Assembly (NCBI GenBank): GCA_009103225.1 | Contig: RHPI01001327.1 | Location: 248,001-312,000 of the forward strand | DNA length: 64,000 nt | Direction: 5' to 3' | From: Chlorokybus atmophyticus | Lineage: Eukaryota > Plantae > Mesostigma and Chlorokybus algae | Shown: piece after piece, positions 1 through 11,410 of the stretch | Layout of the letters: the number at the start of each line of letters is the position of its first letter | Numbering within the stretch: the first letter of the stretch is position 1 | Program-made: the position numbers and the translations under genes | The notes under the pieces: model-generated | Databases searched by the model: none | What the model was told of the DNA's origin: nothing | The model's input: the letters and a program-made list of their open reading frames with translations, nothing else

Positions 1-1
1 C

Positions 2-2131
2 ATGGGGGTTGTTATAATAGCGCTTCTGCCGGTGGTTCACGCAGTGGCCGGGCATCCCACCTGGGCGCAGGGCAAGGAATCGTTTTCCATTCGGAAACGT
101 GAGATTTTTCATGACGCTTTGAATGTAGTGTTAGGGGATGTGAAGCGGGCGAGTTGAGAAGGTCTGCAGCTCATCGACCCGAATGGCATCGAGCGTCGTG
201 TGTTTCCCGCGCTTGCCAACTACATCAGCGATTTGCAGGTAGTGGGCATGAATGGTTGTAACCGGATGCAGCCTGCCAGCAAACAGTGCATGGAGGATGT
301 TGTCAGTAAAACATCTGAGTTTGTCGTGTTGTAGGAGACTGCCACACTCGCACGCACTGTGTCGGGCAACCAAACACGACATCCTTGCAATGTTTGTCTC
401 GTCACCAAATCAGATCTGTTGGAGATGGATGAGGACTGGGAATTGAGAATCGAGGCCTTCTACACACCAGCAATACGTCAGCTGCGGGCGGACCTGCATA
501 GCGGTGTTAGGAATGCACGCCAGACAGCCAAGGCTTTCAAAGAGCAGCACTCCATGCATGTCGAGGAGGTAATGGTCAAGTTATCGGCATTCGTGAGGAT
601 GAATGGCTTTCCGTGAAACCAGGCAATGTGGTTTGGCAACAGAATGCACTGTGGGGTTGGCGATAGTCGCGGGTGCCGGGAGCTGACTGCTACTCTCGTC
701 TTGCCCCTGACGCAATGCATGTGCTGGGAGGCATCATTGACCACCTGCTTGCTGCTGTGTACGACGCCGCGAAGGAACGAATGCGTCCATCTACGAGACA
801 GATTCTGCAGGCCAGGCACGTCTTTGGTGTTGCTTTTGTGTTGAACACAAAAGCCAATGACACGTGCTCACGTGCAGATGTGCACAGGCTGAATGCATGC
901 AAGGCGACTCTGCGGGTTTCGCACTTCAAGGCACCCACAAGCACAGTAGATTTCTTCCTGTCCGACCACTGACTTCTTCCTGTCCGACCACTCCTTTCAG
1001 GTGGTGGAGAAAGTGGCGGTGCTGCAGCTGTTGCCGGTCCTCGCAGACGGTTTGCTGCTCGACAGTGAGGGCAACGATGTCTTCACCATTGCTGCCGCAT
1101 TGCTTGCCCAGTGGAACAAGAAGTTGATCAAGGCGCATAAACACACATGAGAGACCCTGACCACAACCGACAACGAGCAGGCTGCCTTCAAAGCTGCAGT
1201 GTTGCATCCGCTACTGTCGTCATATTCTGCACAGAAGTCATGTTGGAAGATTGAGAAGATGCATCAGCTCACTCATTTTGGGCCGGCAATTGTCAGCAGT
1301 GGACACCCAGATTGGTTCAGCGCCAACCGTATGGAGCAGACGCACGCCCAAAATATCAAACGATGGGCGCGTGGTGGCAACAACCGGGACTACCAGGCAC
1401 GTATCTTGAAGGCATGGAGCTGTGCGGAATATGTGAGAGAGGATGGCATGGTCGTGGATCCCGAGATGCGCTCGGTCATGGCGCAGGCGCGGCAGCAGTG
1501 CTGTAATGTCATGGAAAAGACGGACAAGTTGCTACGGATGGATGTGCTGACAAGGAGGGAGTTCAGCCCGTACTGGAGCGGATCTGCGCGTAGCCGCCAA
1601 GTCGCCTTGAAGACTCCATTCGCCGACAAGCTGCCTGCCACCCTGGACAGCTGGTTGAGGACTCCTCGGAGGGAACAACTGGAGTGGGCCGACGGGTGGC
1701 GTGCTGTTTGCGTGGTGGACGGAGGCGCAGCGGTGTACATGACATCAGGAGTCACCATGGCGCGCGCAACTGGGATGTTCCATGGGCGGCCTTGGTTCTC
1801 TACACTTGAGTTGGAAGGTGATGAGGACGGTGTGAACGTGACGTGGTGGGCTCAGGCACTCCTTTTTCTGCGCGTGGTGGTGTGGGGTGGTAGCGGCGAG
1901 CGCGTGTGGAAGGAGGTCGTGTTTGTCCGCTGGTACACGAAGCTGGATGTGACGAGAGACACAAAGTGCATCGCTCTGGAATGGGAAAAGCGTCGAGGCG
2001 GTCCACATCTCGATGTCGTGACTCTGGAGCAAGTAAAAGGCATTGTCCAGCTGCTCCCCATGTTTGACAAGGACAGCGCCCGTGTACAAGAGGGCAAATA
2101 TTGGGTGAACGTTCACTGCACTTCCACGTGA
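2..2131 (+). pseudogene. Plavaka-family DNA transposase (5' end outside window), decayed
   Basis: Frame 2 reads IFHDALNVVLGDVKRAS*EGLQLIDPNGIERRVFPALANYISDLQ. After a GT-AG intron (239-334) it continues ETATLART...HPCNVCLV, then PDAMHVLGGIIDHLL and KMHQLTHFGPAIVSSGHPDWFSANRMEQTHAQNIKRWARGGNNR, ending in a VVFVRWY domain. These match the Plavaka motif order (fP.La.yi.D..E, CxxC, PD.lH, K.H.l.H, E..H...K). Lesions: TGA 155-157, a 22-nt tandem duplication at 952-992, TGA 1148-1150. Confidence 0.85.
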
Positions 2132-2334
2132 CACATGTACTTGTCTCATTACTCTGAGTTTGGAGCATATCAGTCAGTTAGGCATTGCTGATCGTATGGT
2201 AAGACTTTTGCATGTGGACATGTACAATACCGGGCAGCTGTCACTGCACAACTGTCACAACAATCGAATGTGCCATGCAACATTCAACAATTAGTCCGCC
2301 GTGTGGCATTAAGCATCAGTACAGTGCACCACAC

Positions 2335-4059
2335 TCAAGCCTCATAGTTCCATGACACAGGAGGGTAGTCACAGCGCATATCCATTATTTCAAGCATGAG
2401 ACGCCCTATGCACTCCGCCATTGCGGGAGGAACTGCGTTCGCTATGGAAACGGCCGAGGTCATCCATCGCACTCCCAGCGCTGTTTGCCACGCAGCAATG
2501 CCGCCCCTGTTGCTTGGAAGGCCATAGACCGGGTACATCTGCTGTGGCGCGTCTGATGTCACGATTGTCTTCTTCGCGCTAGCGGACAGGTGCGGCGATA
2601 GCACTCCAACTGCCTTGCCCGTGTGCGAGCAGCGTGCTGGTGGGGTAGCTACCATTGGCTGTGTCTCAAACAGACGGTGTCGGAAAGTTGATAGGCCAAA
2701 CATCGTGCCACAAAGGGACAGATTGGGTCTAAATGAGGAAGCTGCTCCTGGCACATTGTTAATCACAAACTTGACCTGGCTTGCAAGCAGTAGACGTCGG
2801 ACGAGCGGTATTATATCCTGGTGTCTCCAGGATGTGCCATGTGCCGCTCGTTGAGGTGCTGGGATAGCACCAAAATAGGCCTGGCATGGTGGACTGGCCC
2901 AGATGAGCTCGTACTCGCTCAGCTCTCCTGCACTCAGGGTGCATACATCGCGGTGTATGAAGGGGCAGCGGGTACTCAGAAGAGGGACTTATGTCCATCC
3001 TGGTCACGTCAAAGCCTGCGTGGTATAGACCGACACTGGCACCGCCACCGCCGCAGAATAGGTCGAGTGCCTTTGGTCTGCGTGTGCGTCCCAGCTTGTT
3101 GTCAAATGGCGTGTATGTGGTCAAGGCTGGCCGTGGTGCTGGCCAGGGTCTAACAATGATGCCGTCCGGGCTTACTTTGCGACTGACGTTCTCCCCTGCG
3201 GCGCGCAGACCATGGCGTGCCCCGTCAACTGATGTGTACGCAAATACGTTGTGCCCTTTGAAGTTGATGGTTTGTGGTCGATCACCGTCATCGAATACTA
3301 TACGGTGCTGCCCTGCAAAGACATTTTCCATTGCACCATGCATATATGATGCGTCCTCAATCTCGCACGCCACGAAGCGATGCTGACCTGACGCTTGCTT
3401 GAATGATTCCACAACGCCCGCATACCATTCCCCATCCAGCGGCCAATGCACCATGACACTCACACCGATCAGCTGCTCGCATCCCAACTTAACTGCGTTC
3501 CGCAGCCGATGCAGTGCGCTGTCCAACGGTCGATGGTCTGCCTCCTCTACAGCGGCCAGGGGATGGAACTGCCCACGCCCACACCGTGCAAGACTGCTCT
3601 GAATGCGACAACATCTTCAACATGCATGAAATAAGCATACGCCCAACATGCAGTGATACGTTGCGGTCCACTCTTGTAGATTACCTCCACAGCATCCACC
3701 ACCTGTCCACTAACCACATGTCCCGGTGTTGTTCATGTGAAGAAGCGCATGGGTTCCCCTCGCCACTCGAAGCATGAGCGCGAGCACGATTCGCACACGC
3801 ACTGCACGCAATGGAAAAACTCGGGTTCCTTGCACAGCACTTGGCCGAGGCGGCAGCCAAACACGTCGACATTGTGTGTGGTGTGATGCCAGCAAGCAGC
3901 ACTAAAACCGTGGCACACTGTCTGCACTCGCTGGCATTCGGTCAAGTGTGCTCGCATTTGCTGCCTACGGCCATTGGCACATACGTACGCATTGCATTGT
4001 GGGCACACCAAGCATGGTCTCCTAGGTGAGGGTGATTCAACTGCTGCCGCCGACATCAT
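2335..4059 (-). pseudogene. Cys-rich Zn finger + Tudor + phage/bacterial-type C5 DNA cytosine methyltransferase fusion
   Basis: Spliced model with introns 3684-3599 and 3387-3313. It reads CPQC...HLTEC, then the Tudor LIGVSVMVHWPLDGEWYAGVVESFKQASGQHRIVFDDGD. MTase motif I is ALDLFCGGGGASVG, motif IV is IWASPPCQ (about 2880-2900), motif VI appears as VINNVPG, motif VIII region is LCGTMFGLSTFRHRLFE, and the C-terminus is WMT...NAVPPAMAECIG. Lesions: TGA 3733-3735 and one extra C in the run at 2962-2965. Confidence 0.85.
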
Positions 4060-4199
4060 GCAAAATAGGAATCGGCACGGCTGCCCACAAACTGAGCGAG
4101 ACTTTAGGGTATGGGCATCAATTTAGGGTTGCCAGCTTACGAACCCTAAATGGGTCAAACTTCAAGTGAAGCACGACTGTACCTTATACGCTATTGCAA

Positions 4200-4260
4200 T
4201 ACCATGCATGGTACTACATCAACATGAATGGTACTCCATCTGTTAATGGTACTACAGTAC
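4200..4260. promoter_or_regulatory. Perfect 14-bp palindrome TACCATGCATGGTA plus repeated ATGGTACT upstream of the methyltransferase gene
   Basis: Palindrome at 4200-4213. ATGGTACT occurs three times between 4209 and about 4255. Confidence 0.45.
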
Positions 4261-4676
4261 AAGAATACTCGCATACTACCACGATTGTAGAGTAATACTG
4301 TGCTGTCATGCCATGGAACCCAGAGCGCTGTCCGAGTTTGTTGCTGTCAACCACGCTACAAACCAGCGAGGTATGCAAGCCGTGCACTGATTCATGCGCC
4401 GGGCAGTCATCATACACATGTACAGCAAATGCTTCTAACAACAGCAGATCTCTGGTGCACCATGCACCATGCTGCAACTATAGATGTACCTACATGGTTC
4501 ACAGGAAGCCAACACAAAACTACAATACATGCACAATTGGCATCAAGGCGGGGGCCAAATCACAGCCGACACGGTGGCGTCTTGCATCAGGCATGGCGAC
4601 CAAAACGGGTGAGGTTGCTTGCAGAATGGACACGCTTGTAGATTCTTTGATTTATTTGCCACAGTCTTCTGATGCG

Positions 4677-5552
4677 CTATGATGCAGACATGGCACATCG
4701 CTTTCTTGCAACATGGCGTCTCCCCATCCGCTGGGGGGGGGGTGGCTCTTCAATGCGACAAATCAGCACACATGGTGCACGCGGGTGTGCAAGCTGCCTC
4801 TGCCACCAAACTCTATTATCGCGTCGCAGGCGTAGCAATTCCCATCTGAATGGCGCAGCATAATGCTCCACTGCCTGCTCGATCACCTGACGCCCATCTG
4901 CCGCCATACACCACCTGCTGGTCTTGGTGGTCTCGTCCAGCATGCGTTTATCCAGGCCCTCGACATGGCTGTCGTCACTCGTGTACTCCCCCGCATCATT
5001 TTCTTCGAGCTTCCACAGAATCAGCTCGACATGCCGTTTAACATACAGCCACTGCCAGCCAAAGCATGCCAAGTACAGCTCGAATGGTTTTACTTGCCAC
5101 CCAATATGTTTGCTCAGGTAGTGGCACACATCTCGACCCGCATTAGTCGACATCAACAGGTACATCTGCTGCAGCAGGTCGAAGATCTGCTCCGCACATA
5201 GCTCTTGCACATTGCCGGGCTGCTGCGGCTGCAACAACACCATCATATCGAGGACGGCGAGGGGCAACAACGTACAACGGATGGCCATATCGTGTATGGG
5301 TTCCAACCACGGCCAATCCCCAGAGGTCTGTTCAACCCGCATTCTGCGCGTTTGCTCCCACTTATTGCAAACTTTCGTCACCCACCTCGAGGCATGCCGC
5401 ATGCGATGATGCAGCGCGTCTTGGGCGTATTGTAGGGTGATCAACTCCTTTGCACTACGTGTCAGCCCCTGAAAGCGTCTGCGCGTCGGTGCTTTGAGCT
5501 TAGATAGCTCGTGCCGCACCGGCTGTCTCTCTGGACGATGCTGAGCAGCCAC
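4677..5552 (-). CDS. Orphan 291-aa protein inside the putative transposon
   Basis: Uninterrupted ATG-initiated ORF with protein-like composition; no recognisable motif. Confidence 0.55.
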   Translation of the reverse strand: MAAQHRPERQPVRHELSKLKAPTRRRFQGLTRSAKELITLQYAQDALHHRMRHASRWVTKVCNKWEQTRRMRVEQTSGDWPWLEPIHDMAIRCTLLPLAVLDMMVLLQPQQPGNVQELCAEQIFDLLQQMYLLMSTNAGRDVCHYLSKHIGWQVKPFELYLACFGWQWLYVKRHVELILWKLEENDAGEYTSDDSHVEGLDKRMLDETTKTSRWCMAADGRQVIEQAVEHYAAPFRWELLRLRRDNRVWWQRQLAHPRAPCVLICRIEEPPPPQRMGRRHVARKRCAMSAS

Positions 5553-5686
5553 TTAACGCTGTAAACCCGCCTATGCCTACTCAGGACACACAGTCAGCCC
5601 CAGTGAGGCTTCAAGGCGCTGTGCTTCTTCTAATGTTGTAAAGATGCCTCACCTTTCCCTTTTTGGTCCTGTCAGCGTCCTTTATT

Positions 5687-8543
5687 CTAACAACCTTCCT
5701 TTTTTTTTTTGTCACCCTGCACATCCTGGCAGGCGCTCTCCGTGGCACTGTTACTCAGGGGAGGTAAGGCGTTATCTTCTTGTTCCACAGCCTTGCGCTT
5801 GTTGGTTGCCTCCCGTTCCTCCACGACCTCATGTTGCTTCATGAGGTCGAGCATGAAGCCTTTGTCTTTCAGCGCAGCTTTCAGGACACCTCGATCAATC
5901 TCTTTACCAACAAGACAGGCTGGGATCAATGTGGCAAGCTTAGAGGGAGAGGGCGAGCTACAGCTGCTTCTTGATGGAAATGCCTCCGGATGGTCAGAGT
6001 GCGGTGGCAAGTAAGTCTCCGCGGCAGGAAGGGAGGGTGCTGAATTGGGATTGCGAGCATGTGAATGTGGTTGAGGGAAGGCAGGATGTGCAGAACACTC
6101 GGCTACTTCTTGCCTAGAACACGAAGGCGAGGCCTGAGGCGTTTGTGCAGCACTCTGGGTCACTGCCGGTGGTAGCGGGGAAATGGCAACGCCATTCCGC
6201 CACTCTCCGATTAGGTGTGTTACCTCCAGTGGCACTTTACGCATAGGCCACGACCACTGTTCGGTGCTTGCAGGCTTGAGGAGCTAAAAGTGTGCTTCTG
6301 GCTCATTAGGAGCAGTGTTGCCCACCACCAGGATTGAGTTGGGGGCTTCTTTTTTTCCAACCCAAACTGCGCTGCCGGGCCATGGCACCCACTCCCCATG
6401 CTCGCGCTGAACGGTCACGCAGCCAATCAACAAGCCCAGCTTGTGAGCAAACATAGTCATCTGCAGGTGCTCGACGTACACATCTTTTCTCCGCACGATC
6501 TGTCGCACCTTGGCCATGGCTAGGTCAATGTTGCAGTTGACATCAGCCAACATGGTCGTAGGCAGTTTGTCGTAATACTGCGCCATCTCTCCCGCGGCAC
6601 CAGTGGCTCTGCAGAAGTCTAGGATTCTGCTCGCCACGCCTGCATCGACAGCCTTGGCGGTGATTTTGCAGAGAGTGTGCCCCCTGCCGTCGTCGTCCAT
6701 GGTGTCCAGCATGGCCCAAAATCTGCTCGAGCTGGGGCACTTGTGATCATCCAAGACACTTTGCGCTATGGATGGCCTGGCGCGAAATACACAATGGTAG
6801 AAGCAATTACCATCCGTTGGCGCATTGAAGTGGTCCCATGAGGCGAGCTGGCCACCTAGCATGACTACTGGCCGTATGCGGGTTGCGGCCAGCTCCTTTG
6901 ATGACTCGCTGGCAGGTGGTGACCCTTGCTGCATGCGCATACAACACTCACATGGTGTGTCCAACTGTGGACGGCAAGAGTCACAGTGACTGATAAGTAC
7001 CTGAGTGTAGGGCAGACTGCCGGCTTCAACTTGCAGCGGGTGGGGTAAGGTAGGTGCAGAAGCCACATCGGTTGTTGCATTGTGCTGTGGTCTCGCCGGT
7101 GGCGGCAAGAAGGATTGTTGCCCCGCAATCACCGGTGCTGCTCGTGGAGGAGATGGCAGTGCACGAAGGACTGGTGCCGCGGAAGGTGGTTGCGCTCTGG
7201 CTGGGAGGGGAGCAGGAGCTGCAGGTGAGACCACTTGTGCATGCAGCAAGGGGGGCTGTATACAGGACCCAGGATAAGATGGCTCACAATGTTGCAAAGG
7301 ACGAATATAAGCTTATGCAGTGCCTGACGCATTGTTACCAAGGCACGAGCATAAAAGACAGCGACTTACCTCAATGGCCCGTGGGCTGCATGGAGCAGGG
7401 GAAGCCATGGGGGCTGACAAGGTGGTATTGGCTGCACTCTCCCCGCCACCCTCGATGGCAGACTCGTCACGGAGCTCTTGAGCCATGGGCACATCATGCG
7501 CCACTGCCCCAATGGACATGTCGGGATTCAACAGGCCAACATGCATGTTAAACTGATGCCGCATTGCCGCCGCGCCCATCAGCAAGTGGGATTGAAGGAC
7601 CAGTTGATGGGATTGAATCCAGGCTTGCATAGGAGCTCCAACAGGACCTAGTGCACTGTGGTGCTGTCAACCAATCACATGTGGGTTAGCTGCATGCTTG
7701 CGACACTGCAATTGCAATAGTCAACTGCGTCACATCGTCATCAGTTGGTTGCTTTGAACAGTCACCTGCGGCATTGCTGGTTGATGCACTATTGGTTGAA
7801 TGCCGGACGAATGGCCACGCGCTCCTGTGCTCAAACCCAGCCTACTTCGTTCGGCACGCGCGCGCGACTTCGCACGCTCACGCACATCCTAGCATGCAAA
7901 GGTAGGCATGCATTGGAGCCGACATTGCAGTCAACATGCACAGCGAGATTGGCAACAACATACCGCCGCCCAGCTCTGTCTATCTGCTCTTGCTTCCGCA
8001 ATGTCGGCTTGACTGTAGGGTGGGTATGGGTGAATAGTGGAGGCCTGCAGCCACGCTACATATATCACATGGACTGCGCTAAAAAACAAATTGCTCTTGC
8101 AAGGAAATGCATGTGACTGTTGAGCGTACCTCTGCATTCCTTTGTGCTTGTTCCCACAGCCGCAATTGGTCCCACATGGTTCTGACAAGGGGCTCTAAGG
8201 ACTGCAGCTTCTGATCCACTCCTTGTTGCAGAAAGCGAGCCACCAAGCGGCTCTCTGTATGAAGATGGTCTTTAATGGCTTGCCTGCTGGTTTGTCCAAT
8301 GTTGGTGATGCATGTTGGACAGCCCCATTGCTGACGCCTGCCATGATCCATTACGTGGCAACCGGTAGTAGCTGGCTTCGCTGCTTGAACTCTTACGACC
8401 ACAACTTCTCGCAAGATGTGCCACGCCGCCGCCGCCGCCGCCTCCGACTCCTGGTCCTCCGCCTCCTAGTCGGACTCAGGCCCTAAAGCCTGACATTCGA
8501 CCCGTCATCGACCTGGTGCCCCTGCGTGCCATCATCCGGCCAT
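5687..8543 (-). pseudogene. Multi-exon gene: N-terminal C2H2-like finger, Pro-rich linker, OTU-like cysteine protease, low-complexity tail
   Basis: ATG at 8543 is in frame with the CPTC...HLH exon (8414-8130). The OTU-type catalytic motif HFNAPTDGNCFYHCVF and a distal AHF*LL are present. ORFs 6284-7297 and 5687-6244 share a frame and are split only by TAG 6284-6286. Further in-frame stops at 8532-8534, 8505-8507 and 8466-8468. Confidence 0.65.
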
Positions 8544-8602
8544 CAATGAAGCGTGTTTGGGTGAGTGCACACTAACTCCCATTTGGGCTGATCGAGCAAT
8601 GC

Positions 8603-8766
8603 CTCTGTCGTACCATGGATGGTACGACAGAGCCATTGTACGGCAATCGCTGAGGTTGGACGAGAGATGCCTCTGTCGTATCATAAATGTTACGACACAA
8701 CCATTGTTACCAATGGTTGTACGAAGCATGGATGGCACGAATGCATAAGTCGTACCATCAACCATA
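8603..8766. repeat. Cluster of TCGTACCAT-based inverted repeats in the divergent promoter region
   Basis: Perfect 14-bp arms CTCTGTCGTACCAT-gg-ATGGTACGACAGAG at 8603-8632. A degenerate second copy lies at about 8670-8700, with further half-sites to about 8766. Confidence 0.7.
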
Positions 8767-10439
8767 GGAGCAAGGACGCACTACAAGTGCGACTCTAGTG
8801 CGGGACTCTAGACGTTCAAAACCGCCTCATTTTCGTTTTCGCGCCTCTTACATTCGGGCGGGCCAACCGGCGGCGGCAGCGTTGGAGGCGGCAGCGCCAC
8901 TATCAGCTAAACAGGCGGCACCCGACTGTCAATTGGAGAGATGCCTCGTGGTCCATCCGTAAGTGCACCTCGTCGTGGAGGTCGGCGCCAGTTGTCCACA
9001 TTGCCCCTAGTGTTCAACCAGGCAACCGTCGCCAACCAATTGCAGAAAGACCCCGCGCCAACGCCCAGCATATCACAACAACTCCACCTGACACCGCAGT
9101 CGCAAGGGCAAGCTAGACTGCATGCGTTCTTGATGCACTGTGCACGTTGCTTCTTGCTCAACTTCTAACTTGGATGCTTGCTTCTTGCATGACTAGCACA
9201 GTGACTCACTGCATGTGTTCTGGATACACTGTGCACGTTGTTCTTCTTTTGCAACTGTGAGGGTTGCATCTTTCATGGCTGGCAGCATGACTTATGTGGT
9301 TGTGCTTGCAGAGGGTCGATTGGAACCCCCAACCCAAACGCATTTGGCCGTGACGTGGCAACCTCGTCCGTCAGCAACCCTTCCCCAAGCAAGTGGAATA
9401 TTGGCAACGAGGTAAGCAATGTGTGACACTGTGACACTGTGTGTATGTGTGTAACGAATTGTTCTTCTGTGAACAGCATTTGTGAGATGCCGTCGTTGAA
9501 ATCATAAACGGCCACTGGGTAGAGAGCCACGTTTATCCCAAGGAGGATACTATTTGTAACGTCATGTGTCAGGTGCTGTGAATGCTTCGTGACCGCACTG
9601 CACCGTGACACTGACCAACCTGCCCGTGACAGGTGGTTGGCTTCGACCATGACGACGAGGCCGATGCGGCCAAGTTCTATGAGGTGTACTGGACTCCCAA
9701 AGAGTGCCCCTTCCACTGGAGTGTCGCCCTGAAGAAAGCTACGCAGGTCCGGTCTGAGAACGTCACCAAGATCAAGCATGTCCTTGAGAAGGAGTACAAG
9801 TGGACACTGCTTAACAGCAACAAGCGCAAGTGAGTTGGGTCCCTCACCACCATGTCTACTATGCAACACTGCCTTCTGACTAAGCCTCCATACACACGTA
9901 CTCATCTCGCCTATTGTAACCGATTCAATCAGGCACATCGACGCCCTAATAGACCCCGAGACCCAAAAAGTGTTGAGGATATTCTTGTATCCGGTCAGCT
10001 TGCCCTGTGGATAAGAATAGCCGCGAGAAGATTCAGGCGCGAGAAGGTTCCAGTCGAGAAAGGTCCAGGCGAGGATTTCAGTCGAGAAGGTTCCAGGCGC
10101 GGAGTCGAGTCCGCAGTCTGGAGACTTCCAGGCGCTGTAGAAGAAACGTTGTAGCTCGATGGTTACGTCATGTATGGCGCGTGTCATAGCTTGTTGGAAA
10201 GCTCTTGAAAGTAGCTACGTGGTGCAACTTATAGCGCAGGAATCGGTTGAGTGTAGAAGTCGTGGTGGCTTCTAGAGTAGACAGGTGCAGAACTGGCGGG
10301 TATAAAAGCCCGCGGTGTGACTTTGTTGTAATCCTTAGAAAGCCTTTTTAGATCAGCCTTGTGTGTATGCTCTGGTAGAGTGTGTGTACTTGTGCTTGCA
10401 CCAACTCCATGCATGGTCAGCAGTGTCCGAATCTCAACA

Positions 10440-10452
10440 GGTTATGGGCCCA
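10440..10452 (+). other. Primer-binding site of the half-tRNA(iMet) type
   Basis: GGTTATGGGCCCA directly after the 5' LTR, the PBS type known from Drosophila copia-like half-tRNA-primed elements. The same site is at 16915-16927 on the minus strand in copy 2. Confidence 0.85.
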
Positions 10453-10552
10453 CACTACGCTGGTCTAGCAAGTGTCTAGAGGCGTGATAACGGCAATAGG
10501 CTAGGCAAGGAGTTCTAGCTAAGTCTTGTGAGGTTGGGTTGAGTCCTGGAAG

Positions 10553-11410
10553 ATGGCAACCAACTACGACAAGGTGACCGTGGAGCCTTTGGACGTGGAC
10601 AACTACAACACATGGAGCGTGCGCATGAAGATGTTGCTGGTGCACAAAGACCTATGGGAGTACGTGGATACGGAGGAAGCGGATCCCATGAGGCAGAGCA
10701 CGGTGTGGAAGCAACATAGTGGGAGAGCGCTTGCCCTGATCGGTCTCAACGTGAAGGACCATCACTTGGTGTTGGTGGACGGCTGCAAGACTGCACGAGA
10801 AGCTTGGAAGAAGTTGGCATCGCACTTCAAGGCGAAGAATAGCGCTAGCAAGGTGCAGCTGAAGAGAGAGCTTGCTGGGTTGAAGAAGCAAGGAGCAGCG
10901 GAGCCTATTACCAAGTATGTGTCGCGTGCACGAGAGTTGCAGAAGGACCTTCAAGGCGTTGGCTATGAGGTGAAGGAGTCCGAGTTGGTGTGGCAAGTAC
11001 TGTCTGGGTTGCCTGAAGACTATGACACGGTGATCACGATCTTGGAGGGCTTGGAGGCAGAACCCACGGTGGACGAGGTGGTTCCAAGATTGCTGCAGGT
11101 GGAATCAAGGCTCGCGAAGAAGCATGAGGAAGGCCCGGAGGCGACGGCTTTCTCAGCGACTTCAGGAAGAGGTACTGATCGTTTTCAGCATGGGTCTGGG
11201 CGTTTCAGTGGTGATGGTGGCGGTGGTAGTGGTGGTGGAGCGTCCAGGAGTGACAGGGTCTGCTACTATTGCGGGAAGAAGGGCCACATTAGGGTGCATT
11301 GCTCGATGAGGAAGCAGCACGAAGAGGAGCGTGGTGGAGAGAAGCATCATGCCATGACGGGACGTATTACAAGAGACGCCTATTGCCTTTCATGCAACAA
11401 CGAACGGTGA
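10553..11410 (+). CDS. gag: Copia Gag (UBN2-like core, CCHC zinc knuckle)
   Basis: 285-aa ORF with NYNTWSVRMKMLLVHKDLW, VLSGLPEDYDTVIT and CYYCGKKGHIRVHC. Confidence 0.93.
   Translation: MATNYDKVTVEPLDVDNYNTWSVRMKMLLVHKDLWEYVDTEEADPMRQSTVWKQHSGRALALIGLNVKDHHLVLVDGCKTAREAWKKLASHFKAKNSASKVQLKRELAGLKKQGAAEPITKYVSRARELQKDLQGVGYEVKESELVWQVLSGLPEDYDTVITILEGLEAEPTVDEVVPRLLQVESRLAKKHEEGPEATAFSATSGRGTDRFQHGSGRFSGDGGGGSGGGASRSDRVCYYCGKKGHIRVHCSMRKQHEEERGGEKHHAMTGRITRDAYCLSCNNER

Noticed and set aside
9273-10187. 304-aa minus-strand ORF, and similar ORFs at 14609-15190 and 17090-17406
   Set aside because: They run through LTR sequence and across insertion junctions, so they are incidental.
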